This document shows, piece after piece, positions 11,085 to 22,877 of a stretch of 28,896 bases of DNA (position 1 is the stretch's first letter; every line of letters begins with the position of its first letter). Under the pieces are notes generated by a model. It did no database searches and was not told the DNA's origin. It saw only the letters and a program-made list of their open reading frames with translations. The position numbers and the translations under genes were made by a program. The DNA lies in the NCBI RefSeq assembly GCF_004010195.1, contig NC_057720.1, positions 36,244,069-36,272,964 of the forward strand. The letters are read 5' to 3'. This DNA comes from Chiloscyllium plagiosum. Its lineage: Eukaryota.

Positions 11085-12095
11085 GATTCATTATGTAACT
11101 TGCTTTTGTACTCTGTGTTCATATTATGAGAGCCAAGGATGCTCTATCCTGTATGATCTGTTCTCTCAACCTGCCACATACAATCACTTATGCATATATA
11201 CACTCTGCTGCTGTACCTAACAAATTGCACCCTTTGTTGTACATTATCTCTCCAAGTCTACCTATCAAAAAAAATCATTTCACAATTATCTGCATTAAAT
11301 TCTACTTGCTACTTGACTAGCCATTTCACCTACCTATCTATGTTCTTTTGAAACTCTGCACTATTCTCCTCAATATTGGCAAATCTTCTAAATTTCATAT
11401 CGTCTGCACATTTTGAAATTGTACCCTGTACATCAAGATCTAGGTCATAAATATATATCAGAAAGAGCAAGGCAAGGTCTGTACTCCAGTCCTGGGGATC
11501 TCCACTAAACAAACTTTTCTGCAGTCAGAAAAACATCCATCAACTGCTACTTTCTGTTTTCTGTTATCAGTTAATCATATCTCTATGTCAGACTGTTCCT
11601 TTTCTCCCATATATTGCAACTTTGCTCACAAGTCTGTCATGCAGCACTTTATCAAATGGAACTCCATTTACACTGCTTGAACATCATTACCCTCATCAAC
11701 CTTCCTCTGTTGCCTTATCTAAAAACACCAGCAAGTTAGATAAAATTAGTCCTTAACAAATCCATGCTAACCTTCATTAATTGACCAGCATTCACCCAAG
11801 TGACAGTTATGTTTTTTGTGAATTATTGTTTCTTGAAGTTTCTCCACCACTGAGGGGCTTGTAGTTTCTGGGCTTATATAACATTTGTAATTGGCCAGTG
11901 CCTTCACAATTTCCATTTTCACTTTGCTCAGTATCAATGGGCACAACTCATCTGATCTTAGTGTCTTATTAGCTTTAGCCACATAGCGTAACCAACCTCC
12001 TCCTCATCAATTTTATTTCCCTCAAGTATCTGAATTACCTCCAAGGCCTATGCAATGTCATCTTTCTTGTTAGAAACACACTAAGTATTAATTTT
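11085..12095 (-). mobile_element. Old CR1 LINE RT portion
   Basis: ORF 11330..11512 (GDPQ...LLFLIYIYDLDLDVQGTISKCADDMK) and upstream decayed RT motifs. Resumes where the 9715-10218 piece stops. Confidence 0.75.
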
Positions 12096-12156
12096 AACTA
12101 TAGAGGAAACAATTTTGTAGTGGTAATTTCACTGGAGTGGTAATCAAGAAGACTAG

Positions 12157-12300
12157 TAAAATACTGCACAGAGGCAGGTAATCCGTCACCAAGTCACCCT
12201 GTATTTCCGTGAGCACAGTACACAGGCTGTGACCAGCCAGCTCAGAGTCAGTTGCTGAAATCAGAAGGTTCTCTGAATTTCCTGTTTTTGTTAAATCTGT
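12157..12300 (-). repeat. Partial LTR-like sequence (probable Gypsy LTR, TATA-to-3'-end half)
   Basis: Reverse complement ...AAACAGGAAATTCAGAG...CTCTGAGCTGG...AAATACAGGGTGACTTGGTGACGG...GCCTCTGTG resembles, from recall, a shark Gypsy LTR. A related piece recurs at 12808-12860. Confidence 0.45.
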
Positions 12301-12303
12301 TGT

Positions 12304-12783
12304 TCCCTCCACACTACCACCTGACAGCGGTAGTGCTTATTTTACCCCAGCACCCATGTCGTGTGTGTGCAAGTGTCAGACACAGTGAAAAACAACAAGT
12401 GTGCAAATTTTTATTTATTTTCCACCACCAGGAAGAGAGGAAACACCCGAGTGGCCAGTAACAAGCAGTGCCCTTCTCACTACTGCCTAACTGTGGTAGT
12501 GCTTATTTCTCCTCCGCACCCATGTTGTGTGTGTGTAGATGTGAGACACAAGGTGCACGAATCTTTATTCAATTTCTACCACCAGGAAGAAAAGAAAACA
12601 CCCAAGTGGCCAGTGACAAGCAGTGCCCTTCACATCAAACAGTGAAGGGGAGGGTAGGGATTAAATCAAAATAGAGTTGGAGGTGGAAATAATGCACTCC
12701 ACTCACTGCGGCGCCACCTCTCCCTGAACAACTCCAGGGTGTTGGTGGACACTGCGTGCGCCTTCTCCAGGGACACCCGGGCT
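12304..12783 (-). mobile_element. Tx1-like (L1 clade) retrotransposon 3' end with tandemly duplicated 3'UTR
   Basis: Minus translation of 12783-12661 gives ARVSLEKAHAVSTNTLELFRERW..., then in a shifted frame VECIISTSNSILI* (the FxxRW C-terminal motif of Tx1/L1 ORF2). The 3'UTR unit of about 155-165 bp occurs twice (12312-12476 and 12478-12631). Each ends in a CACTAC..C-N6-G.GGTAGTG hairpin; a third terminus lies at 12863-12884. Confidence 0.65.
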
Positions 12784-13271
12784 AATCTCCCTTTTTTTTT
12801 CTCTTCCCTCAGAGCCAGCTCTCAGAGTGAGCAGAACCTCTGACACTCTTGTTTTTTTTTAACCCCCATACTACCGCCTAACCGTCTGATACCTCCAGAA
12901 TTTACAGGATATGTGGACTTTGCAAAGAAGAACAGAGGAATAAAAACCTGCAAATGTGGCCTGAATACACAGACATCTGCTTGTATAGACCCCCTCACCT
13001 TATGCATGAACTGTGGTAGTTTCAGAAGCAGAGTTCCATGGTTGGCATAATCCTGGCATGAGGGGTACCATTGCAAGGATTAGCTATGAATGTCAAATCT
13101 AAATAGTTGCATAAGACAAAGCTATGAAAAGAAACATGAACATGTTTGATGGACATTCCTGGGAAGAAACATAAATAATTAATGTATTTTGTGTCTACTA
13201 GTAAGCATAAGAAAGCAGTATTAGCATTTGTGTTGTACTTTTCATAACCGTTAACATTGCAAAGTAGTTTA

Positions 13272-13552
13272 TAGTCAATCAAATATTTTTGAAGTGTAGC
13301 TGTTGTAATTTTGGAAGTGCTGCAGACTGTTTGTACATAGTAAATAATGACAGATAATGTGTTTTTGTGATGTTAATTGGGGGGTGAATATTGTCCAGGA
13401 CACAGAAAATAATTGCCTTTCTCTTCTTCAAAATACCAGCATGGGATCTTTTGTATCTACCCCATTCAAAAGATAACACCACAACAATGCAGCACTCCCT
13501 CTGGTCTGATCTGGACTTTCAGCCTTTTTATGTTCAAACCTGTGTTGGATTT
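13272..13552 (-). mobile_element. Deu-domain SINE (SacSINE1/AmnSINE1 superfamily), old
   Basis: Reverse complement AAAAGATCCCATGCTGGTATTTTGAAGAAGAG...TGTCCTGGACAATATTCACCCCCCAATTAACATCACAAAAACACATTATCTGTCATTAT...ATTACAACAGCTACACTTCAAAA matches the recalled Deu core and shark SacSINE1 3' region. Confidence 0.7.
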
Positions 13553-15281
13553 TAATGTTATATTTCGCATTAGTTGCCTATGTGCAAATTTCTTTAGGTG
13601 AGAAAAACATAGAAAATCACTCTTAGGTTGACCCTATGCAAAATTTTCTAGGAAGTTCCAGGATTAATAGCTTTGAGATATTCTATTTAATTTGCTTTTC
13701 AGAAATATTTACATATTAGATGTTCATCTGAATTGAATTGCAGTTAACTCTCGAATGAAATATAGTTTCAATTATTTCTGTAATAAAGCATTGAAAAACA
13801 TTGAATTGTTATTATATTAATAAATTTTGAAAGATTTAGCTTTCTTTTATGTAACATTTTCAAAATTTCCGAGTGACTTGTATACTTACAGAAATGTTGC
13901 TTCTAATTGTTGGATTTTGGCATCTTGATTGGGCATTGTGTCTTCAATAGGCCTCTGAGGGTTAACCTGTCTGTGGCGCTAGATAAACTACTACTGTAGG
14001 CCAATCTTTAGCAGAATTTATTAGCCCATCACACAGTCTTAGCTCCATTATGTTACACAGCCTGTTATCTGCCTCCCCTGACTGCCAATAATTTATCTAG
14101 ACGTTGTTATATAGACTTGTATTTATCTATATAGTCTATAACAGAATTAGCTCGAATGAAGATAGAAGCACGTTACAGGAATGAAGTAATACAAATCAAA
14201 TCTTCTGTCAGTAGATGTGTGTCCTGTCGGGTCTAGGGGATTGGACTTGCCAGTTTTAGTAACAGATGATCTCTCCCCTGACCCTTGATGGCTGCAGGGC
14301 GTTCTGCTGATGGAGTATTCTGGGAGGTAATGGTGGATATGAGCCCATCATTCGACTGGACCAAGCATTTGGGAAGACTGTTCAAAATCATCCTGAGCGG
14401 CTGAGGACGTCACCTTGTCCAGGAGCTATAACTTACTGAAATTACTTATTCTCCCAGGTGGCTTTAGTCACTCCAGCATAATACTGTCACATTCAAAACT
14501 TAACTAACCTTATCGCTCATTGGGATTTTGTTTAAGGCTTTGGAGCTTTATTTGAGCATTTTATGTTTAACCTACATTTCTGTGGTTTTGAAGTGAGAAA
14601 AAATATTAAAGTTACACGCTACTTTATCAAGGTATTGAAGTTATAATCCAAAAAGTGCAGAAAATAAATTTTCTGCAAAATATTTATCTTATAAATGCCA
14701 TTTCATCATTGACATTTTATTTTATAGCATCTTTTAAAAATTGTTTTAGATAATAGAACATTTATCATAGAAAGATTAATTTGCATTTATGAAATCACAT
14801 GTCTACAGTTAGCCTCTATGATGCATTCATATTTCCGACTGGAGACTTTATTTGTTTTTTAAGAGATAAACACAAAACCAACAATGATCTCTAAATGGAG
14901 TCATTCCATAAAGACTTCATTTGAGTCTCAGTGAAAAGGATCATATATAACAAATGAATATTGCAGATAAGTACTTAGCTAAGGCAGTATTTTTCCCATT
15001 TACTGCCACCACTTTGCTCATTTTACTTCAATAGATTTTTACCTACTTTGATCGTTGTCTTCTGTTATATTAAATTCTGTGCAGAAATGAAGGTATATTG
15101 ATATACTGTTTCTAATGTTAATGTTGAGTGTTAATGATGGAATCAGAAAAAGTTATTATTTTATCATTTGAATTCACAAAATAAAGAACAAAGGGAGAAT
15201 CTCGTGCTCAAAGTTGAATTTATAAATAATTTTTAATTAAGTGACTTTGAAATGAGTAGATTGCATGGAGTATTTCTTAAG

Positions 15282-15418
15282 AATAACAAGAATGCTGAAA
15301 ATCTGAAATAAATGCAGGAAATCTTGAAAAAACGCAAAAGCCAGGTAGTATCTATGGAGTTAACATTTTAGATCAAGGACGTTTTATTAGAACTGACAAA
15401 AGTTAGAGATATAATAGG
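15282..15418 (-). mobile_element. Old PLE terminus, inverted relative to the adjacent GIY-YIG fragment
   Basis: AATGCTGAAAATCTGAAATAAATGCAGGAAAT...CCAGGTAGTATCTATGGAGTTAACATTTTAGATC...GTTTTATTAGAACT is a decayed reverse complement of the family B terminus. It includes the AGTT-CTAATAA...AAATGTT-AACT ribozyme remnant. Confidence 0.5.
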
Positions 15419-15420
15419 TG

Positions 15421-15654
15421 CCAAGGCCTTAAACACTCCTTCCAGGTGAAGCAATGATGCACTTTAGTATACTGTATTCACTGGATCACAATGTGGTCTC
15501 CTCAACATTGGAGGTATGCCACACAGTCTGGGCGACCGCTTCGCATAACACCTATATTCAGTCCACAATTGTGACCCCAAGCTTCTAGTGGCCTCTCATT
15601 GTAATTTTCCATCTTGCTTCATGCTGACATCGCTGTCCTTGGCCTACTGCATTG
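15421..15654 (+). mobile_element. Penelope-like element GIY-YIG endonuclease fragment (pseudogenised)
   Basis: Manual translation: QGLKHSFQVKQ*CTLVYCIH-SQCGLLNIGGMPHSLGDRFA*HLYSVHNCDPKLLVASHCN. This fits the PLE pattern VY.I.C..C...YIGET.R.L..RF.EH......VA.HFN. Confidence 0.8.
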
Positions 15655-16422
15655 AAATTTGTTGCCGTAGCATTGTGAATTAGACGACCTGTTGGTGTGG
15701 CATATTGATTTTCTAATACACCATGTGCATGGAATGAATGGTGGACAGTGGGGATGGAGATTACTACATCGCACTTTTTAAAAGTGAATTAATAAAAAGA
15801 AATTGGTTTACATCAACAACTCAGTCCTGTTCAGATTTTGATTTCAAACCAAGCAAAAGCAATTGAGGGTAGTAAAGGGTCTGAATGAAGAGTTTTAACT
15901 GTAATTCGGCTACTGATGTGATGATGTTGACCAGTTCCCCTGCCCAGTATCTGTTGTGCTTTTGTGATGGTTCACTATTACTGTGACTATAGTTGTTGCA
16001 GTATAATCAGTTTGGAGTACAATCTTGATGATTTTAAATACTTTTTACTTGAACTCCAATACTTGTAGATTATGAATATTTTGGAAGTCAAATTCAATAT
16101 AATGTAATTTTGTCAGTATAAATATTTGCACAGATATAAAGCAAATCTGCAAAGTATTGATCAATAACTGTTTAATTTCACATATAATTAAATGGGAAAT
16201 GAGCAACCTTACCTGAAAGCCAAAGAACAATTGAAAACTAAATTGCAGTCTGATGATAGATAAGTTGAAGACATATATGGATCATAGCAGAGATGTAAAC
16301 TTTGATCAGGAATACATTTAGCTAAATGTTCAGATGCTATGCTGGTAAATTACAATAGCTTGTACAATTTTCTACTAGGTACTTGAAAAGAAACAAAACC
16401 AAAACCAAACTACTGTTCATTT

Positions 16423-17120
16423 CAGGTCATTCATAGATCCTTGAAAGTAGAGTCGCAGGTAGATAGGATAATGAAGAAAGCATTTGGCATGCTTTCCTTT
16501 ATTGGTCAGAGTATTGAGTCTAGGAGTTGGGAGGTCATGTTGCGGCTGTACAAGATGTCGGTTGGGCCACTTTTGGAATATTGCGCACAATTCTGGTCTC
16601 CTTCCAATCAGAAGGATATTGTGAAACTTGAAAGGGTTCAGAAAAGATTTACAAGGATGTTGCCAGGGTTGGAGGAGTTGAGCTATAGGGAGAAGCTGAA
16701 TAAGTTGGGGCTGTTTTCCCTGGAGCATTGGAGGCTGAGGGGTGACTGTATAGAGGTTTATAAAATCATGAGGGGCATGGATAGGGTAAATAGACAAAGT
16801 CTTTTCCCTGGGGTAGGGGAGTCCAGAACTAGAGGACGTAGGTTTAGGGTGAGAGGGGAAAGACATAAAAGAGACCTAAGGGGCAACTTTTTCATGCAGA
16901 GGGTGGTACGTGCATGGAATGAGCTGCCAGAGGAGCTGGTGGAGGCTGGTGCAATTGCAACATTTGAAAGGCATCTGGATGGGTATATGAATAGGGAGGG
17001 CTCAGAGGGATATATGCCAAATGCTGGCAAATGGGATTAGATTAGGTTAGGATATCTGGTCGGTATGAACAAGTTGAATTGAAGGGTCTGTTTCCGTGCT
17101 GTACATCTCTGTGACTCTAT
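16423..17120 (+). mobile_element. HER1-like CR1 LINE 3' end (about 700 bp), young
   Basis: ORF 16441..17040 is an uninterrupted CR1 ORF2 C-terminus (LLEYCAQFWSP, LFSLEHWRLRGD, NFFMQRVVRAWNELP). 3'UTR ends CTCTGTGACTCTAT. High similarity to the reverse complement of 7589-8285. Confidence 0.95.
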
Positions 17121-17184
17121 CTACTTCGTAACCATCTGGAGTCATTGTTTCAGAGGTAACAGGGTGCTTAAATGCATTTCTATT

Positions 17185-17295
17185 TGAAAATTCACTAAAA
17201 CAAAAAGTGATGAATAAACTCAACAGATCTGGCAGCATATGTGGAAAGAGAAACAGTTAATGTTCCCAGTTCCATGTGACTCTTCTTTGGAAAAT
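17185..17295 (-). mobile_element. Old PLE terminus (family B)
   Basis: CTCAACAGATCTGGCAGCATATGTGGAAAGAGAAACAGTTAATGTT...GACTCTTCTT is the reverse complement of the 4888-4990 type sequence. Confidence 0.6.
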
Positions 17296-17454
17296 GTTTC
17301 TAGTCTATATGGCTCAGTATTGCACAATGTGTTACATTCCCCAGTTAGCAACTCAAAAAGATACAAAGCTTGTGTGCATTTAAAAATTAGCCATATGCGA
17401 GAAGCTTTCTTTGCCTTGAAGGGTGAACATATTAATTATCCAGGGTGTTAGGTG

Positions 17455-17790
17455 GGATTCCAGTGGGTGTGTAGATGACTACTAAAGCTGTACAGCGCTC
17501 ATTGGGTCCTGCTGCAAATAGAGTCAGGACACCGCTTTGGATGAGCTGTTGGCTCTGTTTTTCTTCCCCTGATGTATTCTGTCTGACATTTGATATGTGC
17601 TCGCTTTCAGAGGGGTCTACTGTTTTATATTTGGTTGTGCCAAGTGCAGTGATCCTGGTGAGCTTCTCCCAGAGCTTGAAATCAACATCAGATCCTCTAA
17701 GTGAAGCTTTCAGCATGTCCTTTAATTTTGATATGCAGACTTACTCCTCTATTCCAAACTGATGTTCGAAGTGTGTTGAAGAGTGAGTGA
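17455..17790 (-). mobile_element. RTE-clade LINE 3' end, old
   Basis: Minus frames KDMLKASLRGSDVDFKLWEKLT (RTE consensus KDTLKASLK..I....WE.LA) and a terminal C2H2-like CPDSICSRTQ*ALYSFSSHLHTH. Confidence 0.7.
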
Positions 17791-17929
17791 GTAGACAGTG
17801 TAAATGGCATGCAGGGTTAGTGGTGTCAGGGATTGGGCTGGGTAAGAGCAAGTGAGGGAAGATCTTGGAGGAAATAATGAGAGCAATCGAGCAAAGACCT
17901 CTGTAGGAGGTAGTTACAACAGCTGAGAT

Positions 17930-19530
17930 CATGTGTAGATTCTGGAAACGTCCCATAGCATTACAAAGTTTCCAATGTATGCCTTTATTTAAAAAGGCAA
18001 GAAACCATAAATCTGTAACTGTAGATCATTTAGTTTAGCATCTATTATTGGGAAAATGTTAGAGTTAATGTAAAGAATGTAATGTCAGAGAATTTAGAAA
18101 TGCAAAACATGATCAAAAATAGTCAACATGGCTTCACAAAGGGAAAATCATGTCTGTCAAATTTACTAGAATTCTTTGAGAAGATGACAAGCAGGGGAGA
18201 TAAAGCGAAAATTGTGGATGTAATATATTTCTATTTTCAGAAAGCATTTGATAAGGCATCACTCATTAGGGTACTTAGTAAGAAAAGAGCTCATGGTGTT
18301 AGAGGTAGCATATTCACATAGGTTGAGGATTGACTAGCTAATACAAGACAGAGGGTTAGGGTGTAAGGGGCATTTTAAGGCTGCCAGCCTATAACTAGTG
18401 AAGCACCACAGGGATCAGTGCTGAGGCCATATGGGGGATGCAAGTACAGTTACAAGATTTAAAAAATATTTGGATAAGTACATGAATAGGGAACGTTTGG
18501 AGAGATATGGCCCAAATGCAGGCAAATGAGTCTACTTAAGTTTGGGAATGTGGTTGGTATGGACTAGTTGGACTGAAGGGTCTGTTTCCATGCTATGTGA
18601 ATCGATGACTTAGATGAGCGAAGTGAATGAACCAGTTTGCAGACGAGATGGGAAGGCAAGTGATAAGATGAAACAGTCTGCAAAGGGATGGAGACAGGTT
18701 AAGCAAATGGACAAAAACTTGGCAGACAGAACATAATGTGAGAAAATGTGAGTTTATGTACTTTGAAAGCATAGAGGAAATGTGTATTATTTAAATGGAG
18801 AAAGACTACAGAAAGCTACTTTCAGAAAGAACCCCAGAGGAATTTGGTGTTCTGTGTGTATAAATCACAAAAAAGCAAGCACACAAATTCATCAGGGAAT
18901 AGAAAAGGCAAATAGACTGTTAGTCTTTATTTCAAAGGGAATGGATTATAAAAATAGGAAGTTCTTGCTAAAACTTTACAAGACACTAGTCACAACTGAA
19001 ATGTTGTGGACAGTTTTGGGCCCCTATCAAAAGAAAAATACACTGGAATTAGAGATAATCCAGAGAAGGTTCACTTGGCTCATCCTGGGTGTGGGGAGAC
19101 TGTTAATGGGTAGAGGATGAATAGGTTGGTCTGTACTCATTGAAGTTTAGAGAATAAGAGATGACCTTATTCAAACATGCAAGATTCTTATGAAACTTGA
19201 CAGGGTAGACATGGAAAGGTTGATTCATCTTGTGGAAGAGTCTGGGACCAGAGGGCATAATCTCAGAACAAGGTATTGCACATTTAAGACAGAGGTGAGG
19301 ATGAATTTCTTCACTGGACTATAATGAATCGGTGGAATTCTTTACTACACAGTGCTGTAAAGGCTGTATTATTATTCATAATCAAGACTGAGATAGACAG
19401 CTTTTTAATCAGTAAGGGAATCAAGTGTTATCAGGGAAAAGGCAGGGAAGTGGAGTTGCAGATTAGTCATGATCTCATTGATTGGCACGGCAGACTTGAT
19501 AGGCTGATTGCTTCTATATTTTAAGATCGT
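17930..19530 (+). mobile_element. Old CR1 LINE, RT to 3' end
   Basis: ORF 18082..18321 (SQHGFTKGKSCLSNLLEFFE, FQKAFDK), PQGSVLRP at about 18406, FAD at about 18637, and ORFs 18782..19120 and 19324..19524 (C-terminus). Confidence 0.88.
18436..18610 (+). mobile_element. Short HER1-like CR1 3' tail nested in the older CR1
   Basis: TTTGGATAAGTACATGAATAGG...GAAGGGTCTGTTTCCATGCT...ATGACT matches 16970-17120. It sits between the host PQGSVL and NDLDE motifs. Confidence 0.75.
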
Positions 19531-21841
19531 ATGGTAAGATATCAGAAAAAAGCTTATGTTGGAGAAAATTATTTACTTTCTTCCTACACTGGTGGGCATT
19601 TCTCCAGACCAGAGATTGTGCTGACCAGGATGGCAACTTCATCACTTCCTCTGCTGGTTCTCAAGGAAGAGGGCATCCTACATCTGCATAGCTACCTCCA
19701 CCAGGACCTCAAGGTCCCAGCCCATAAAGCAGGACCCTAAATTCCCTTTCTCTGCCATATCTAGGACAAATGTCAGAAACTGTACAGGACAGCTGTGGAC
19801 TACGACCTCTTTAATGATCGATTCTAACACTTTCATAGGTACTTTGTTCCGGAAAACTGTACCTTGTACTTTTCAGACACGATTTCACACCCTTGCTCTA
19901 CCCTCTATGTTCTTAGCTCTTACACTTTGTGCTCAGCCATGTTTCTGTTATACAAGTGAATGTGATGTAGCACTGCCTGGTTATAGCAGATACATCAGCA
20001 CTGCATGACTAGCACATTGTGACCAGCCATAACATTATTGCTATTAATACCATTTGACTGAATAATGTCTTGTGGAATTAACATGGTGTATTTTAAAATG
20101 GTGTATTCGTCTGTGAAAGAATTCTTGTCAGTACGAAACTGTACCAACACTGGCTACATTACAACCCTTCATACTAGTAGCAGCAACTTGCTAAGTTTAC
20201 CTGACAAATGATCAAAGAATTTGGTAATTCCTAAAGTATAAATCGTTAATGATGTGGTCATATCATTATAATATATAATCATATAAATTATTTTGTAACA
20301 CTATTGGTGTGATATCAAAGTTATTCTATTGAAATATAATATTTTTAAAAGCTTATGAAACTCCCAGGGTCTGACTGACATTAAAATATGACACTGACAT
20401 TCAGAGATTGGAGGGCATAAGTAAATACATGGACTTAGTATGACATTCACAGACTTCTCGTTTCTCCCTATTTGCAAGTTTTATAGAGAAGTATAACTAG
20501 GTGCTGCTAGCTTGCACTACTCTCAAAATCATACTGGCACAAAACTAATAGATCCAATATAAATGTACCATTAGTGTCCAGCCAGAGATAGTTTCTAAAG
20601 GTTAGCTCATACTAAAAGCTATTAATGGTCACAAGGGAAATTAATTTGTTGACATGAGTTTGCAACTGTAATTTGACTGTAATAGCAGTCCCATGAAGCC
20701 CAAATTAAACATGTGAGAATGAATTTTTTTATTACCTGGTACCATAAGAGACACTCATTTGGTGGTATGAGATAGCCTGCACTTGAAGGACACCTTGTGA
20801 CATACTACATCAAACCAGACCCCTACTTGAGCCAGTAATGGTTAGTACTAGATACAGTACTTACGATAATCTTTTACAATATTATCATTACTAAGCTGTC
20901 ACTGTTATGTAAGGTTTAATATTTTTATGATGAGCCACAGAGGTATATTTTACTACAAGGCATAATTTCAAATCTTGCGCTGATTGGTAACAGTGTCAAG
21001 ATATGCATGACTGGAAAAAAAACTCGGCAGAATTTTTTCTAAAATTGCTAAAGATCTCAAAAGAATTATGCCAATATATAAAATAAATGTATACTCTTGC
21101 CGTCCCCTCTGTTATTCTCATCATGTACAACTGTCACAGCCAAGACAGTCCAAACAGTAAGCTAACCCCAGAATAGTAATGATGTTGATACTAATGATTT
21201 CCAGAACAGACATAAAACAGTTTCTGACCAAGCCTGTAATAGCTCCCATATCTGCGGTGCACAAGCTTCTCAGAGTACTTCAACACAATGACTTAATCCA
21301 TTCTTTTCCATAGTGCATCTTACCCTGCAGCAGAGGCTTCCTATTTGTCTTGCTTCTGCTATCATTTCTTCTGTTCCTACTAGACTTCCAATGGAGATGC
21401 AAATTGGGTCATTAAATTTTATTTTTCCAGCAAATGACAACTATTTCCCTCTGTCTTCCTGACCTTAAACCATTTTTGTTTGATCTTCTTGCGAGTCAGG
21501 AAACTTAAATGCACATTTTCCAAAGTCGAGGATCCCATTGTGAAGACCACAGGAAAATTGAATTTCCTCTCTCACAGACATTTTTTGTGCTAGTACTGGT
21601 TTTAGAGTCCTTAAAAAAAAATACACACACCTCTGTAGACAGTTTGTGTGCACCAGGAAAGCTTCCTGAGGAGTTTTGAATATTCTGAAATGTAGCTGTA
21701 TAATGTTTTGACACCTTCAACATCATTATTAGATGCTAAGTGGTAATGCAGATATATTTTTAATGTACTGATTCATCATGAGGATCTTGTGTAAATAATT
21801 GTCATGTATTATTTTTTCCATTGAACAAAGTTCTATTAAGC

Positions 21842-22243
21842 ATTAAACATGTAAAAGGAAATCCTCATCAGTCTCTAATGTCATATTTTCTGCTATGATT
21901 GAAATTGAATGATATGTCTAATTGTTTAAAAAACAACACACACACATACTGCAGTCCTGTGTGAGACGACAAAAATCTTGAACAAAGTCAAATATGAGTT
22001 GGTTGTGCATTTCAGATGGCATTGCTGAGATTGTGTGCAACTCTCAATTCTGCCAATAACATACTGCTTCCACTCGCGTATTTATAGTCTAGCGTAAAAG
22101 CTTCTCTAGTAAGGCACCTCATTTTTGTTTTGAAGTATTTCTGGTACTGCTTCTGGATTGTTCTCCTGAACCCCTCATTAAACAAGATTTGATCCCTTGA
22201 TTTGATGAGAATGGTAGATTGAGAAATATTCTGAATCATGATA
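21842..22243 (+). repeat. About 400-bp direct duplication, copy 1 (source)
   Basis: ATTAAACATGTAAAAGGAAATCC...ATTCTGAATCATGATA is repeated at 23684-24086 with scattered substitutions and at least two 1-bp indels. Confidence 0.95.
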
Positions 22244-22330
22244 TTATAGATTTGATGGATTACAATTTTGCTTGTTCCACAGCACCATGCCTGAGTTGCT
22301 AGAACTGATCTGAATGTATTTGACTAACCT
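22060..22330 (-). mobile_element. Old fragment of the CR1-clade LINE family seen at 1879-4861
   Basis: ORF 22012..22239 (QSTILIKSRDQILFNEGFRRTIQKQYQKYFKTKMRC...DY) aligns with the linker region at 1890-2010 (QEQHQAYLK). Confidence 0.65.
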
Positions 22331-22877
22331 TTTGATTGAGAGTTGTGGGATACTTTTACATATGAAGAGCTGACTCTAAAACTGTCATAAAGAGATGCTT
22401 CTATGTGTTAATTCATAATAAAATATCTTCAGTTACACTAATAGCAGTCTTTGAAAAATTAATGTTGCTTATACAGATTTAATGTGCAAGCATAATGAGT
22501 ACAGAATACTTCCCATTGCAGACTTCAAAGCATTTTTCAACAGAATGCAGCAGTATTGTACTCCTTTACTCCTGATGATGCTTCCCATGGTGATAATAAA
22601 CAGCATGTTACAATAACAGGTTTTCCTTCCAGCATGATGTGGTTTTGCCATTAGAGAATCATTCAGAGCTGTCCATTTTACAATAATGTCATTAAATCAG
22701 TCTTTTTTTAAACAATAACAGTTGCTGGAGTTTTGTGAACATTTTAATTACTGACACAGAGCTGTGACAATTTGTACAGTTGACATGTCAGAAAGAAAAG
22801 TCTGTCTTTTCATAAAGGCATGTAACTCTTTACCTTTTTCCATTAGTTTCTTTTTCCTGTTCTCAAGTCATTTCACC

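Noticed and set aside
10604..11129. Plus-strand ORFs of 70 and 163 aa
   Set aside because: They are antisense shadows of the pogo/Tigger remnant.
12304..12884. CRISPR-like or satellite array
   Set aside because: Eukaryotic context with only 2-3 long diverged units, explained by retrotransposon 3'UTRs.
13890..13966. Possible minus-strand exon (VNPQRPIEDTMPNQDAKIQQLEATF, GTAAGT donor)
   Set aside because: The acceptor lacks a pyrimidine tract, the length is not a multiple of 3, and the peptide is unrecognised.
16441..17040. 199-aa open ORF as a host gene
   Set aside because: It is the CR1 ORF2 C-terminus of a 5'-truncated copy with a TTG start. Being open reflects young age.
19590..20030. 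Possible very old Rex1/L2 3' end
   Set aside because: Only faint resemblance; no motif could be read with confidence.
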